From Candidatus Bathyarchaeia archaeon (GTDB lineage Archaea > Thermoproteota > Bathyarchaeia > Bathyarchaeales > Bathycorpusculaceae): 64,000 nt of DNA. The stretch spans positions 29,444-93,443 of the forward strand of contig JAVZLK010000006.1 of NCBI GenBank assembly GCA_038883795.1. The letters are read 5' to 3'. This document shows positions 20,794 through 30,403 of this stretch, in pieces. The stretch's first letter is position 1. The number at the start of each line of letters is the position of its first letter. A model generated the notes under the pieces. That model did no database searches. It was given only the letters and a program-made list of their open reading frames with translations, and was not told the origin of the DNA. Both the position numbers and the translations under genes were made by a program.

Positions 20794-20871
20794 ATACGGG
20801 CTAAATGGAAAAAGAAGAGGATGCGAAAACAGAAGAAGAAGCGCCAAAAGAGAAGGGCGAGATATAAGTAA
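20794..20871 (+). CDS. rpl41e: Ribosomal protein eL41 (not in ORF track; start ATA 20794 or GTG 20785)
   Basis: Reads (I/M)RAKWKKKRMRKQKKKRQKRRARYK*; 16/25 identical to human eL41 as recalled; GGAG at 20780-20783. Confidence 0.9.
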   Translation: MRAKWKKKRMRKQKKKRQKRRARYK

Positions 20872-21031
20872 GTTTGTTTATGAATTAGAAGTTTAACGTT
20901 GAATTGTGCTTTTTGGTTGTTAGTGTTAAGCATGCTAAAGATTAGTTATGCATATAACTTATTAAGACATACGACACACTATACTTATGGAAAAACACCC
21001 CACACTCTAAGCCAAACAACGGTGAAAACCG

Positions 21032-22582
21032 ATGCCAAAAGCCCCAAAAACCATAGAAGAAACAAAACCAACCATAACAATAGGGGCGGAAATAAAAAAG
21101 CCAACAGTCTTCAGAGAAGTCTACCCAATAAAAGAACCCTATGTTTACGCAGCCATAGTTAAAGACCCAGAAACCCAAAAAATCCTCTACGAAGTTGTAG
21201 AACCGACCCTACAAAAGGATGAGGAAAGGCTTCTAAAAGAGATAAAAGCGTTTTTGATGGAAGAGTTGGATGTATCTCTAAAAGAAATAGAAACAAAGGA
21301 GAAGGCAGAAAAATATCTTGAAGAAAAAACAAGAGAAATAATTAAAAAATATAAGATAAAAGTTTCACAAGAAGCCGTCGACAAACTCATATACTATCTC
21401 ATACGGGATTTTATAGGCTACGGAAAGATAGACCCGTTAATGAAAGACCACCTAATCGAGGACATATCCGCAGACGGCGTCAACATACCAATCTATGTTT
21501 GGCACAGGCTTTACGAATCCCTACCAACAAACATAATATTCAAAAACGAAGCAGAATTGAACTCTTTCATAATTCGCTTGGCATATTTGGCTGGAAAAAA
21601 CATTTCCATAGCATCCCCAATTTTGGACGCATCCCTTCCAGACGGCAGCCGTGTGCAACTAACTTATGGAAATGAAGTAACCAGAAGAGGGTCAACCTTC
21701 ACAATCCGACGCTTCAGAGTTGACCCCCTAACCATTTCAGATTTGATAGCTTTCAACACGATTTCTTCGGAAATGGCTGCCTTCTTGTGGTACATAATAG
21801 AAAATAGGGCTTCAGTGCTTGTCGCTGGGGGTGTGGCTTCTGGAAAGACAACCATGCTGAATTGTTTATCAATGTTCATAAAGCCGGAAATGAAAATAGT
21901 AAGCGTAGAAGACACACAAGAGCTTAACCTCCCCCATGAAAACTGGATACCCTCAGTTGTAAGACTCGGTTTTGGACACGAAGACAGAAAAGGCGGCACA
22001 ATAACCCTCTTCGACTTGTTAAAGGCGGCTGTTAGACAAAGACCAGACTACATAATCGTAGGCGAAGTCCGAGGAGAAGAAGCCTACACGCTTTTTCAAG
22101 CCATGGCAACAGGCCATTTAGGAATGAGCACAATTCACGCAGAATCCGTTGAAGCCACAATAAATCGTTTACAATCCGAACCAATGAACATTCCAAAACC
22201 GCTTATAGCCATGACCAACGTCATAATGGTCATGACAAGAACAGAAATCGAGGGAAAACCCGCAAGAAGAGCTAGCGTAACAAGTGAGGTTTTAGGGTTA
22301 AATTCGAAAACAAAGAGCATACTAACGGAAGATGTTTTTCGCTGGAACCCAAAAGATGATAAGTTTGTATTTTCTGGTCATAGTAGCATCCTTGAAAAAC
22401 ACATGAAGAAAATGGACATAAGTGAAGAAGAAATTAGACGAGAGTTGCAGCGCAGAAAAACCGTTTTAGAGTGGATGGTTAAGAAGGGCATAAGACGCCA
22501 CATTGACGTTTCAAACGTAATCCGCGAATATTACACTAATCCAAATAGGGTTTTCCAAAAGGCGAGGGTGGGATTGAAATGA
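21032..22582 (+). CDS. Type IV pilus assembly ATPase (TadA/FlaI-like)
   Basis: GGVASGKTT, VEDTQEL, RQRPDYIIVGEVRGEEA, TGH, TIHA. Confidence 0.95.
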   Translation: MPKAPKTIEETKPTITIGAEIKKPTVFREVYPIKEPYVYAAIVKDPETQKILYEVVEPTLQKDEERLLKEIKAFLMEELDVSLKEIETKEKAEKYLEEKTREIIKKYKIKVSQEAVDKLIYYLIRDFIGYGKIDPLMKDHLIEDISADGVNIPIYVWHRLYESLPTNIIFKNEAELNSFIIRLAYLAGKNISIASPILDASLPDGSRVQLTYGNEVTRRGSTFTIRRFRVDPLTISDLIAFNTISSEMAAFLWYIIENRASVLVAGGVASGKTTMLNCLSMFIKPEMKIVSVEDTQELNLPHENWIPSVVRLGFGHEDRKGGTITLFDLLKAAVRQRPDYIIVGEVRGEEAYTLFQAMATGHLGMSTIHAESVEATINRLQSEPMNIPKPLIAMTNVIMVMTRTEIEGKPARRASVTSEVLGLNSKTKSILTEDVFRWNPKDDKFVFSGHSSILEKHMKKMDISEEEIRRELQRRKTVLEWMVKKGIRRHIDVSNVIREYYTNPNRVFQKARVGLK

Positions 22583-23586
22583 AAAGCAGCAAGGGTTACC
22601 AAAAAATCAAACAATTTTTCAACCGTTTCAAATCAATGTTTAAGCTGCCATCCATAAAACCTTCAAAGACAGAATCAGAAGAAGTGCCAAAAAGGCACAA
22701 ATTTGAGTTGAAGGAAACGCACACCATAGCTTACCAACTCATTGGCGGAAAGATAGGACGCTTACTCCCGCTTTTCAAGGATTTGGACTTGAATTTGCAA
22801 AGGTCAGAGTTAAAGGTTAATTTTAAGGCATATGTCAGCCTAACAATTTTCGTGGCGATTTTGGCTTCACTCTCTACATTAGCCCTCGTTCCAACAACGC
22901 TATTTTTCTTTTTCAAAATCCCACCTTTGCCCGCAATCCTTTTCGGCTTAGGCGGAAGCCTATTCACAAGCGCCTTCTCGGTTATAGGGTTTTATGCGTA
23001 TCCAGTCTATCGTGCGGACAAGCTAAAAAGAGAGCTGGAAGACGAGTTGCCCTTCACTACTGGTTATATGGCAATCCTTACAACAGCTGGTGTTTCTCCA
23101 GAAAAAATTTTCTATTCTCTCTCAAACCTCAGTGAACCATTGACCGTTTCCATAGAAGCAAAAAACATTGTTAGAGACGTGGGACTTTTTGGTTTTGACA
23201 TAATCTCCGCCTTAGAAGAAGCATCTAAACGAACTTCGTCCGAAAGGTTTCGTGAAATGCTTCAAGGACTCATTTCCACAATCCATTCAGGAGGAAACCT
23301 ATCCGCTTATCTCCGGGAAAAGTCTAGGCAGTACATGAAGCTCAAGAGGATAAGTCTCCGCAAATTTTCGGATACGCTATCCATATTATCAGAATTTTAT
23401 GTAGCTTTGATCGTGACTGGACCGCTGCTTCTTATAATTATGTTGGCGGTGATGGAGATGATGGGCGGAGGCTTTTTCGGCGTGTTAAGCTCAAACCTGT
23501 TGTTAAGCTTGCTAACGTATATTGGAATACCGTTGGGCTCCATAATGTTTCTCATAATATTGGATGCTATATCACCAAAGTGGTAG
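22579..23586 (+). CDS. Type IV pilus membrane platform protein (TadB/C-like)
   Basis: ELPF, G.DIISAL, SGGNL..YL, TM segments; follows the ATPase. Confidence 0.9.
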   Translation: MKSSKGYQKIKQFFNRFKSMFKLPSIKPSKTESEEVPKRHKFELKETHTIAYQLIGGKIGRLLPLFKDLDLNLQRSELKVNFKAYVSLTIFVAILASLSTLALVPTTLFFFFKIPPLPAILFGLGGSLFTSAFSVIGFYAYPVYRADKLKRELEDELPFTTGYMAILTTAGVSPEKIFYSLSNLSEPLTVSIEAKNIVRDVGLFGFDIISALEEASKRTSSERFREMLQGLISTIHSGGNLSAYLREKSRQYMKLKRISLRKFSDTLSILSEFYVALIVTGPLLLIIMLAVMEMMGGGFFGVLSSNLLLSLLTYIGIPLGSIMFLIILDAISPKW

Positions 23587-23590
23587 TGGA

Positions 23591-24406
23591 ATGCCAAAAA
23601 TAGAAGAGCGAATTAAAAAAATTGCGTGGGTTCCCTCGGTTTCCGTAGCCTCCGCCATAATCCTTTTCGCTTATATCATGTTTGGAGGAGGCAAAACCCT
23701 CGATGAATTCGTATTTTTTGCCGTAATAGTTGCTGTTTCGCCCCCCACAATTCTAAACTATGTTGATTATAAATGGCGAAGAGCAATAGACGAACATTTA
23801 CCAGACCTTTTCAGAACCCTTGTCCAAGCCCAAGAGACGGGCATGACGCTTCCCCAAGCCCTCGAAGAAGCCTCAAAAAGGAACTATGGTCCCCTCACAG
23901 CAGAACTGCGAAAGATGAATACTCAAATTTCTTGGGGAATGACTTTCGAAGAGGCATTGTTGGCTTTAGGAAAACGGGTCAACACAATTCTTGTTCGAAG
24001 AACAGTACCATTAATAATTGAGGCAAGCCGTTCTGGAGGGCATGTGGAAAAGGTTTTTGACCCAACTGGAAAGTTTATTCAGACAACACTTTTGCTGGAC
24101 AAGGAAAGGCGAAACCAAACAAGACCGTACATTGCAATAATTTATGTTGCATTCTTCGTATTCTTATTCACAATAATACTGCTTTTCAGGTCGTTTTTCC
24201 TAAGCATAGAAGGCTTACCCACCCTCGGGGCAACGGTAACATCACCAGAAGAAATGCAACGCATGTTCTTTCACTTAGCCGCAATCCAAGCCTTCTTCGG
24301 CGGGTTAATTGCTGGAAAAATGGGAGAGGGAACGATAAACGCTGGCTTAAAACACAGCATAATCATGATGCTCTGCGGCTACATAGCCCTAAAACTCTTC
24401 CTATAG
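23591..24406 (+). CDS. Type IV pilus membrane platform protein (TadC-like)
   Basis: LPDLFR, GMTL..AL, YGPL..E, SWG, SGG, G.IAGKMGEG. Confidence 0.9.
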   Translation: MPKIEERIKKIAWVPSVSVASAIILFAYIMFGGGKTLDEFVFFAVIVAVSPPTILNYVDYKWRRAIDEHLPDLFRTLVQAQETGMTLPQALEEASKRNYGPLTAELRKMNTQISWGMTFEEALLALGKRVNTILVRRTVPLIIEASRSGGHVEKVFDPTGKFIQTTLLLDKERRNQTRPYIAIIYVAFFVFLFTIILLFRSFFLSIEGLPTLGATVTSPEEMQRMFFHLAAIQAFFGGLIAGKMGEGTINAGLKHSIIMMLCGYIALKLFL

Positions 24407-24417
24407 GTGAAGGAAAG

Positions 24418-24837
24418 ATGAGGAAGGATTTTAAGAGATTTTTCTCAGATTCACGGGCTATAACTCCAGTTTTAAGCAACCTTCTGCTTACAGTTGTGGC
24501 TGTAGGCGCCATGGCAATTGCCACAACAGCCACCTATGTCATAACGACCAACATGCGGGAAATAATGAGCGAACGCATCGTTGCTGAAGATTTATGGTTT
24601 AACAATTCAACAGGTAACATTCAAGTATACTTGCGCAATGTTGGGAAAGTCGCCATTCACGTTTCCGCAGTTTATGTTAACCATACATCTCAGCCTTTCT
24701 CTTCACCTTTCACCCTGGAAATAGGCAAGCATGGATGGCTTAACATTTCATACGTTTGGGTGCCTAACAGCCTGTACTACATAGACATTGTAACAACAAG
24801 GGGGACGCATATTGCAGACTATTATAAAGCTCCTTAA
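24418..24837 (+). CDS. Archaeal type IV pilin
   Basis: Class III signal peptide SRA|ITPVLSNLLL plus hydrophobic helix; N.G...I..VYVN and IVTTRG pilin motifs. Confidence 0.88.
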   Translation: MRKDFKRFFSDSRAITPVLSNLLLTVVAVGAMAIATTATYVITTNMREIMSERIVAEDLWFNNSTGNIQVYLRNVGKVAIHVSAVYVNHTSQPFSSPFTLEIGKHGWLNISYVWVPNSLYYIDIVTTRGTHIADYYKAP

Positions 24838-27256
24838 AAAATTCAAACAAGCAAGGAAAGGCGTTAGTAATGTAATAGTTGTGATGCTAAGCCTAATTCT
24901 AATAGTGCTTATAGTTTCAAACGTGGTTTTATGGAGTTATCAAATGAACCAGTTCGACTTGGAAAGAATGCAAGAGAACATCCGAATAGCCAATATTACA
25001 AGAGTTACACGTTCTTCGTGGTTTACTGCACAAAGCGAATATAGAATAATTGCGGGCAGCAGATTAGGCGGCACCTACACTGAAACAAAATTTTTGGATG
25101 GAACTTCGGAAACGTTTAGAGAGGAAAAAACCCAAATTTTTAATCCAAGCGGCTACGTTCTTAACGGTTTTACAGAATATGTTTCTGGCGGCATATCAAA
25201 TTTAATATCCAATGATGACGTTTACATGAGTTTCCGAAGTTATCCTAACTATGAAGTTAGATATCAAGAAAGTCTTGAAATATCCTCAACTACAAGCACA
25301 GTATATCAAGACAAGGTTTCAATAGAATTTACACCGCAGATAACTGCGAACTTCACCATAATCGCATCAGCAGAAGTTCAAGGTTCAAGCACAACCTATC
25401 AAGCTAAAGCAAGACTAGCAATAAACTCGGTGGCATATCAGGAACTTCTGTACAGAATTAAAGACCTAACGGATTGGTATCCATTCTGTGGGTTAAAACA
25501 CATAACCTTTAACCAAGGCGTAAGCTATTCCATTAAAATTCAGTTTTGCACAAACAATGTAGCAGCCGCAGCTTCTATAAGAAACGCAAGAATAATACTC
25601 ATGAGCATACCAGCAGAATACGCTGAAAGCGAAGGACTCTCAACAACGGGCAGCACGGAATGGCAAGATAAGGTCACATTAGCTTTCACACCGCCTATTG
25701 ATGGAGAATATTTAATAATAGCAACTGCAAATTATAGAGGCTCTGCAACAAACCGCGACGTTAACATACGATTAATCCAAGACGACACGATAGTCCACGC
25801 AGAAGCCATTGGCAGACCTGGAAGCGGCACCACAGCTAATTATTACACTTTCGGAGTTATGAGAAAAGTGAATCTTAACGCGGCATCTCACAATTTTAAA
25901 ATTCAATACTGCTCCTCTGGAACCCCCGGCATTGCCGGTATAAATTATGCGCATATAATTGCCATAAAACTAAGTGAGTTTGAAAGCAGCTATTACTCTG
26001 AAGATGAAAACGAATCTATTCCGGCGGCCAGCAACACTTGGTATGACAAAATTGTGAACAATTACGTTGCCGAAAGCGGCAATTATCTAATCATGGGCTC
26101 AATTGCATACAAATCAGGTTCTACAAGCTATTCTGTGGGATTAGATTTCCAAACGGAATCTACATCACGCCAGTTGCCCCTTGTTGAGCATAGAACTACA
26201 ACAGATTATGAATATGCCTTCTTCATGGCTGTGCAAACGCTGGAGGGGGGAAGCAAAACTGACAAAATTAGGTATATGGGCGAAAGCATAAATGCAAGAG
26301 TTAAAAATGCACGGCTAATTTCATGTAAAATGCCCACCTTAACACAAACGGTAGAAGTGGAATTTTTGGGAACGGCAAACACCCCAAACTGGATACAACT
26401 TGAATGGTTTATAGATTCATGCTTCACAACACCAGACGTGACAGCAACATTCCAACTTTATAATTACCAAACCAACGAATATCCAACAAGCGGAGACGGC
26501 TACATGACCGACATAATAGGCTTGACAGATGTAACAAAAAACCAAACCATAACAACCAACCCCACCAATTATAGAGATGAAGAGGGAAACTGGAAAGTTA
26601 AAATTAAAGGAGTTAAGGCGACAGAAACACAGTTTGAACTTAAAGTCGATTGGATAGAATTCAAAGCAACCACATCCGACATCTACCGCCTCAACATCAA
26701 CAACAATTTTGTAATAGATTTATCCACGTATCCGCTAGATTATGTGGACGGAATAGAAATATACATAAAATACAATGTCACAGAAGCGGCTGAAAAGTGG
26801 TTCTTAAGGGCATATAATTGGACAGAGCTAAGCTTTAGTAATTCAGGGTTTAATGCAACTGAAGGAAGCCAACCAGCGTCAAATGAGTGGAACGAATATG
26901 CAGTTAACATAACAGAAAATTGGAGAAGCTACGTTAGAGAAGATGGCACTTTGCTTATAGAATTTTTCGACGAAGGGTTGGATGTAAACCAAACAGTTGT
27001 AGAAATAGATTTCTTCGCTGTGAGAGCAATAATTAATGGCGCAAGTTTCGATTTAAGAAACAATAGTCCAATAACAACGCACATCGTTTCTATATGGATA
27101 ATCAACGCAACAAATCATCAACGCTACAACGCTAACTGGTTCATAAATGCTGGGGAAGAAGCAATCTACATTCGTGCTGACATTAGTTTGCCAGAAGAGT
27201 TTATTGCGAAAGTTGTCACGGAAAGGGGCAATATTACCGTTTTTACAGAAGGCTAA
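24812..27256 (+). CDS. Giant pilin-like adhesin with internal repeats
   Basis: Class III signal RKG|VSNVIVVML; C-terminal pilin motif VVTERGN; repeated beta-rich S/T/Y domains and many N-x-S/T sequons. Confidence 0.8.
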   Translation: MQTIIKLLKKFKQARKGVSNVIVVMLSLILIVLIVSNVVLWSYQMNQFDLERMQENIRIANITRVTRSSWFTAQSEYRIIAGSRLGGTYTETKFLDGTSETFREEKTQIFNPSGYVLNGFTEYVSGGISNLISNDDVYMSFRSYPNYEVRYQESLEISSTTSTVYQDKVSIEFTPQITANFTIIASAEVQGSSTTYQAKARLAINSVAYQELLYRIKDLTDWYPFCGLKHITFNQGVSYSIKIQFCTNNVAAAASIRNARIILMSIPAEYAESEGLSTTGSTEWQDKVTLAFTPPIDGEYLIIATANYRGSATNRDVNIRLIQDDTIVHAEAIGRPGSGTTANYYTFGVMRKVNLNAASHNFKIQYCSSGTPGIAGINYAHIIAIKLSEFESSYYSEDENESIPAASNTWYDKIVNNYVAESGNYLIMGSIAYKSGSTSYSVGLDFQTESTSRQLPLVEHRTTTDYEYAFFMAVQTLEGGSKTDKIRYMGESINARVKNARLISCKMPTLTQTVEVEFLGTANTPNWIQLEWFIDSCFTTPDVTATFQLYNYQTNEYPTSGDGYMTDIIGLTDVTKNQTITTNPTNYRDEEGNWKVKIKGVKATETQFELKVDWIEFKATTSDIYRLNINNNFVIDLSTYPLDYVDGIEIYIKYNVTEAAEKWFLRAYNWTELSFSNSGFNATEGSQPASNEWNEYAVNITENWRSYVREDGTLLIEFFDEGLDVNQTVVEIDFFAVRAIINGASFDLRNNSPITTHIVSIWIINATNHQRYNANWFINAGEEAIYIRADISLPEEFIAKVVTERGNITVFTEG

Positions 27257-27264
27257 TTTTATTT

Positions 27265-28242
27265 TTAGAGCATTTTTTCTTTTATGGCTTTTATTGCTTC
27301 CTTTTGGTTTTTAGCTTCTATCACAGTAATATTGTATAGTTCAGCCATTTTTTTGCCGTTTTCGCTCAGTTTTGGAATTGCTATTAAATAGGCGTTTTCG
27401 GGAGAAACATCGAAAACTTTGGCGAAGAGGGCGATTATTGGCTGTTCTGAAACGGCATTTTCGGTGGATGTGGCTATGTCGATTACTGTTATTTTGTGCT
27501 TTTCATCTTTCATATAAGCTGCGATGTCGAACATGTGATTTGCTCCAGATTTACCTTTCACGAAGGCTGGGCTTTCCACTTCGAACCCATTTTCAACGAG
27601 AAAATCTCTTATCGGCGAGATTATAACCCAGCCTAAAGCCGCTTCTTCCCTCACTTCTTCGTTGAGGCTGTAGGCGTAAACATCCTTAATCACAGCTTCT
27701 TCAAAGGTGAAATTTGCGTGGCAGTCTCTGCAGTAGTGGGCGGCAATGGGGATGTCGAAGCTTTTATTGCAATCTTTGCAGGTGCACCATGTTCCAGCCT
27801 TTCTATAATCAACATCAGCCTTCTTCAATTCTTCATGGCATTTTGGACAGACAAGCTTATTGCCCTTCTTGAAGTTTTCTTCAACATCCATGTAACCGCA
27901 TTTAACATGTTCTATTAAAGCGCTTCTTTGAATGTGGAAGGATTTGCAGTATGGACAACAGTAATGGATAGAAATGTTTGCGGAGTCACATTTTGGGCAG
28001 TAAATTACTTTGTCATAAAGTCTTTTTTTGAGTATACCCGCTTCGAAAAGTCTGTTTAAGAAGGGTTCAACTTCGGAAGCGTCGCCAAGAATAGTTTCAA
28101 CGATTGGATAACGATAACCAACTTTGGGGTCATAAATGGGTTCAAGTTCGTTTATTTCGCCGCTCAAAAATTTGCTTAGAAAAGCTTGAGTATTACGATC
28201 TCTGTAAAGTTCCATCCTTTCAATCTTATTTGGCTTCTGCAT
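27265..28242 (-). CDS. TackOD1-type Zn-ribbon protein with C-terminal restriction-endonuclease-like fold
   Basis: CPKC..CPYC, EH.KCG, CPKC, C..C, C..C; KGKSG..H.FDI. Confidence 0.75.
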   Translation of the reverse strand: MQKPNKIERMELYRDRNTQAFLSKFLSGEINELEPIYDPKVGYRYPIVETILGDASEVEPFLNRLFEAGILKKRLYDKVIYCPKCDSANISIHYCCPYCKSFHIQRSALIEHVKCGYMDVEENFKKGNKLVCPKCHEELKKADVDYRKAGTWCTCKDCNKSFDIPIAAHYCRDCHANFTFEEAVIKDVYAYSLNEEVREEAALGWVIISPIRDFLVENGFEVESPAFVKGKSGANHMFDIAAYMKDEKHKITVIDIATSTENAVSEQPIIALFAKVFDVSPENAYLIAIPKLSENGKKMAELYNITVIEAKNQKEAIKAIKEKML

Positions 28243-28386
28243 CCTATTCCCAGACTATTTCATTCTCCGCAAACACTCTTGTATACGCTTAAACCATAAT
28301 ATTAGTGTCAAGTATTGTTAAAATTTTCGAATAAAAAGGCGACGCTTCTCAAGAAAGGTTTTTAAAATTCCAATGGATGGTTGATT

Positions 28387-28560
28387 ATGAAAGTGAAAAT
28401 GATGAAAACACAATCAAAATCCATGGTGAAATGTCCAAAATGCGGTTTTGCCTTCAACATAACTTATGGTAGAGCCTTTGCGTGTTCCGGATGCCCCTCA
28501 TCTGTGCAATGTGGAATGGCTAAATGCCCAAAATGTGGACATGAATTTCCATTGTCATAA
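28387..28560 (+). CDS. Small Cys-rich CPxCG microprotein (not in ORF track)
   Basis: 57 codons: ...KCPKCGFAFNITYGRAFACSGCPSSVQCGMAKCPKCGHEF; real start may be a later ATG. Confidence 0.8.
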   Translation: MKVKMMKTQSKSMVKCPKCGFAFNITYGRAFACSGCPSSVQCGMAKCPKCGHEFPLS

Positions 28561-28656
28561 ATCTTAACGCAAAGACCTTTTAAACTTCTATAGCAGCACA
28601 TTTTTTAATCAGAACTTTAAATATTTCAAGCACCAAAGCATTAAAAGCATAAGCTA

Positions 28657-29484
28657 ATGGTGAATCAATTGGCAACTAAAAAAACCCAAAAACGTTTAAT
28701 GATTCGGTGGACCACATTAAAGGGGTTAACCGCCATCATATTATTCCTAATAATAGCAGCCTTAATCGAATACGCTATTGTTCTTTACGCCATAAACCTC
28801 GGAGTTAACGAGACTCCCCTACAATTTAGCCTCCAATTTCCAGGAACAGATTGGACAATAACATTAGCAATAAGTCCACTATTCCACTTGGTTCCAATCG
28901 CGGTTATAATTGCGCTCGCCGCAAGTTGGACTTATTTAACAAGGCACATTACAATAAAGCCCCCTGAAACAACAAAAGGAAAAACTCAGCCTACGAAAAG
29001 AAGGAAGGAGGCAAAGGTTTTTGGTAAAATAAAAAGTGGATTATTGCGCGTTAAAAGTATAGCGTTTATATGGCAGAAAATTCATTTCGCAAGAGCCACA
29101 ATAAAAAGCGCCCTAACAGTTTTCTTGCTTTTCTCAATATTCGTTTTAATAGTTTCCCTCTTAGCCTATCCGCAACTCATTTACAGAACAATATCAAATG
29201 CCTATCAAAACAACCCATCACTCCTCAATTTTGTGAAGGGTACAGCAGAAGCCTTAGCGCCTATAGGCGCAATTTTTTCAGGCATAAATAATGCTTTATT
29301 ATCTGCTGCTCCAACCTTCAGAGACTTTGTCTTAAGCATAGGAATCATAATTAAGCCCTTAGTGGATTCAGATAATGTTGGAAAATATTTGGCTTTTCAA
29401 AATGCTGCGGCTTGGATTTGCGCCATAACCGTCTTAATTTATGGAGAATACGCTCGAAAAGGTTATCGGTATAGAAGGAAATAG
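28657..29484 (+). CDS. Hypothetical multi-pass membrane protein
   Basis: Long ORF with about 4 hydrophobic segments and a basic loop. Confidence 0.75.
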   Translation: MVNQLATKKTQKRLMIRWTTLKGLTAIILFLIIAALIEYAIVLYAINLGVNETPLQFSLQFPGTDWTITLAISPLFHLVPIAVIIALAASWTYLTRHITIKPPETTKGKTQPTKRRKEAKVFGKIKSGLLRVKSIAFIWQKIHFARATIKSALTVFLLFSIFVLIVSLLAYPQLIYRTISNAYQNNPSLLNFVKGTAEALAPIGAIFSGINNALLSAAPTFRDFVLSIGIIIKPLVDSDNVGKYLAFQNAAAWICAITVLIYGEYARKGYRYRRK

Positions 29485-29501
29485 TGGTTATAGGGTTTTA
29501 A

Positions 29502-30368
29502 ATGGCTGACCATCCCAGATTTGGTCCCGCAGGCGTTCCTCCCACATTTAAGATGATGAAGGTGGCTTTATCAGATGTCCCGAGACTTTTGCGTGAGGAG
29601 GGACTTGATGCTTTTGAGTATCAAGCCGTTCGTTGGGGTGCAAAACCACAAATGAAGAGAGAAGAAGCTGAAAAACTTGGTTTAGAAGCAAAAGAAAAGG
29701 ATGTTTGGCTTAGTTTGCATGGCTCCTACTTCATAAACTTCTGCGGCGGAAAAGACATCATAGAAGCGAGCAAACAACGCCTAATCGCCTGCGCAACAGC
29801 AGCCCAATGGATGAACGCGTATATAGTGGTTTTTCATCCTGGATTTTACGGCAAAAGAAACCAAAAAGAAGTTTTTAAAAACTGTTTGGAAGCCGTAAGG
29901 GAAACAGTTGAGACATTGAAAAATTTGGGAATAGAGAACGTTAAAATTGGACCAGAAACCATGGGCAAACCATCCCAATTCGGAAGCTTAGATGAAATTT
30001 TAAGCTTATGCGAGGAAGTGGAGCAAACTCAGCCCGTGATTGATTGGGCACACCTGCACGCCCGAGACAGGGGACGCTTTAAAACTGTAGATGATTTTCG
30101 CAAGGTTTTGGAAGAAATTGAGAAGCGCCTTGGAGCAGACGCCATCAAAAACATGCACTGCCACTTCACAAAGGTAGAGTTCACGGAAAAAGGCGAAAAA
30201 TGCCACCACGTAATGGACGAAGCCGATTATGGACCAGACTTCACAATGCTTGCAAAAGTCATAGCCGAATACAAACTAAACCCCGTCATAATAAGCGAAA
30301 GCCCAATTTTGGACTTGGACGCCATTAAAATGCGTGATATTCTCCAAAAAGAGCTCGGAAAACCATAG
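29502..30368 (+). CDS. nfo: Endonuclease IV (AP endonuclease 2 family)
   Basis: RFGPAG, SLHGSYFIN, FHPG, ETMGK.SQFG, DWAHLHAR, HCHF, ISESP. Confidence 0.93.
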   Translation: MADHPRFGPAGVPPTFKMMKVALSDVPRLLREEGLDAFEYQAVRWGAKPQMKREEAEKLGLEAKEKDVWLSLHGSYFINFCGGKDIIEASKQRLIACATAAQWMNAYIVVFHPGFYGKRNQKEVFKNCLEAVRETVETLKNLGIENVKIGPETMGKPSQFGSLDEILSLCEEVEQTQPVIDWAHLHARDRGRFKTVDDFRKVLEEIEKRLGADAIKNMHCHFTKVEFTEKGEKCHHVMDEADYGPDFTMLAKVIAEYKLNPVIISESPILDLDAIKMRDILQKELGKP

Positions 30369-30403
30369 CCTTATAGTTAGATAAGTTTTTTATATTCTCT
30401 GCA

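Noticed and set aside
20899-21178. ORFs 20899-21162 (+), 20942-21178 (-) and 20619-20933 (-)
   Set aside because: They overlap the pilus ATPase, hxlB or rpl41e and have implausible composition.
21032-24837. Archaellum (motility) locus
   Set aside because: No FlaH/F/G or archaellin signature. Two separate TadB/C-like genes indicate an adhesive pilus.
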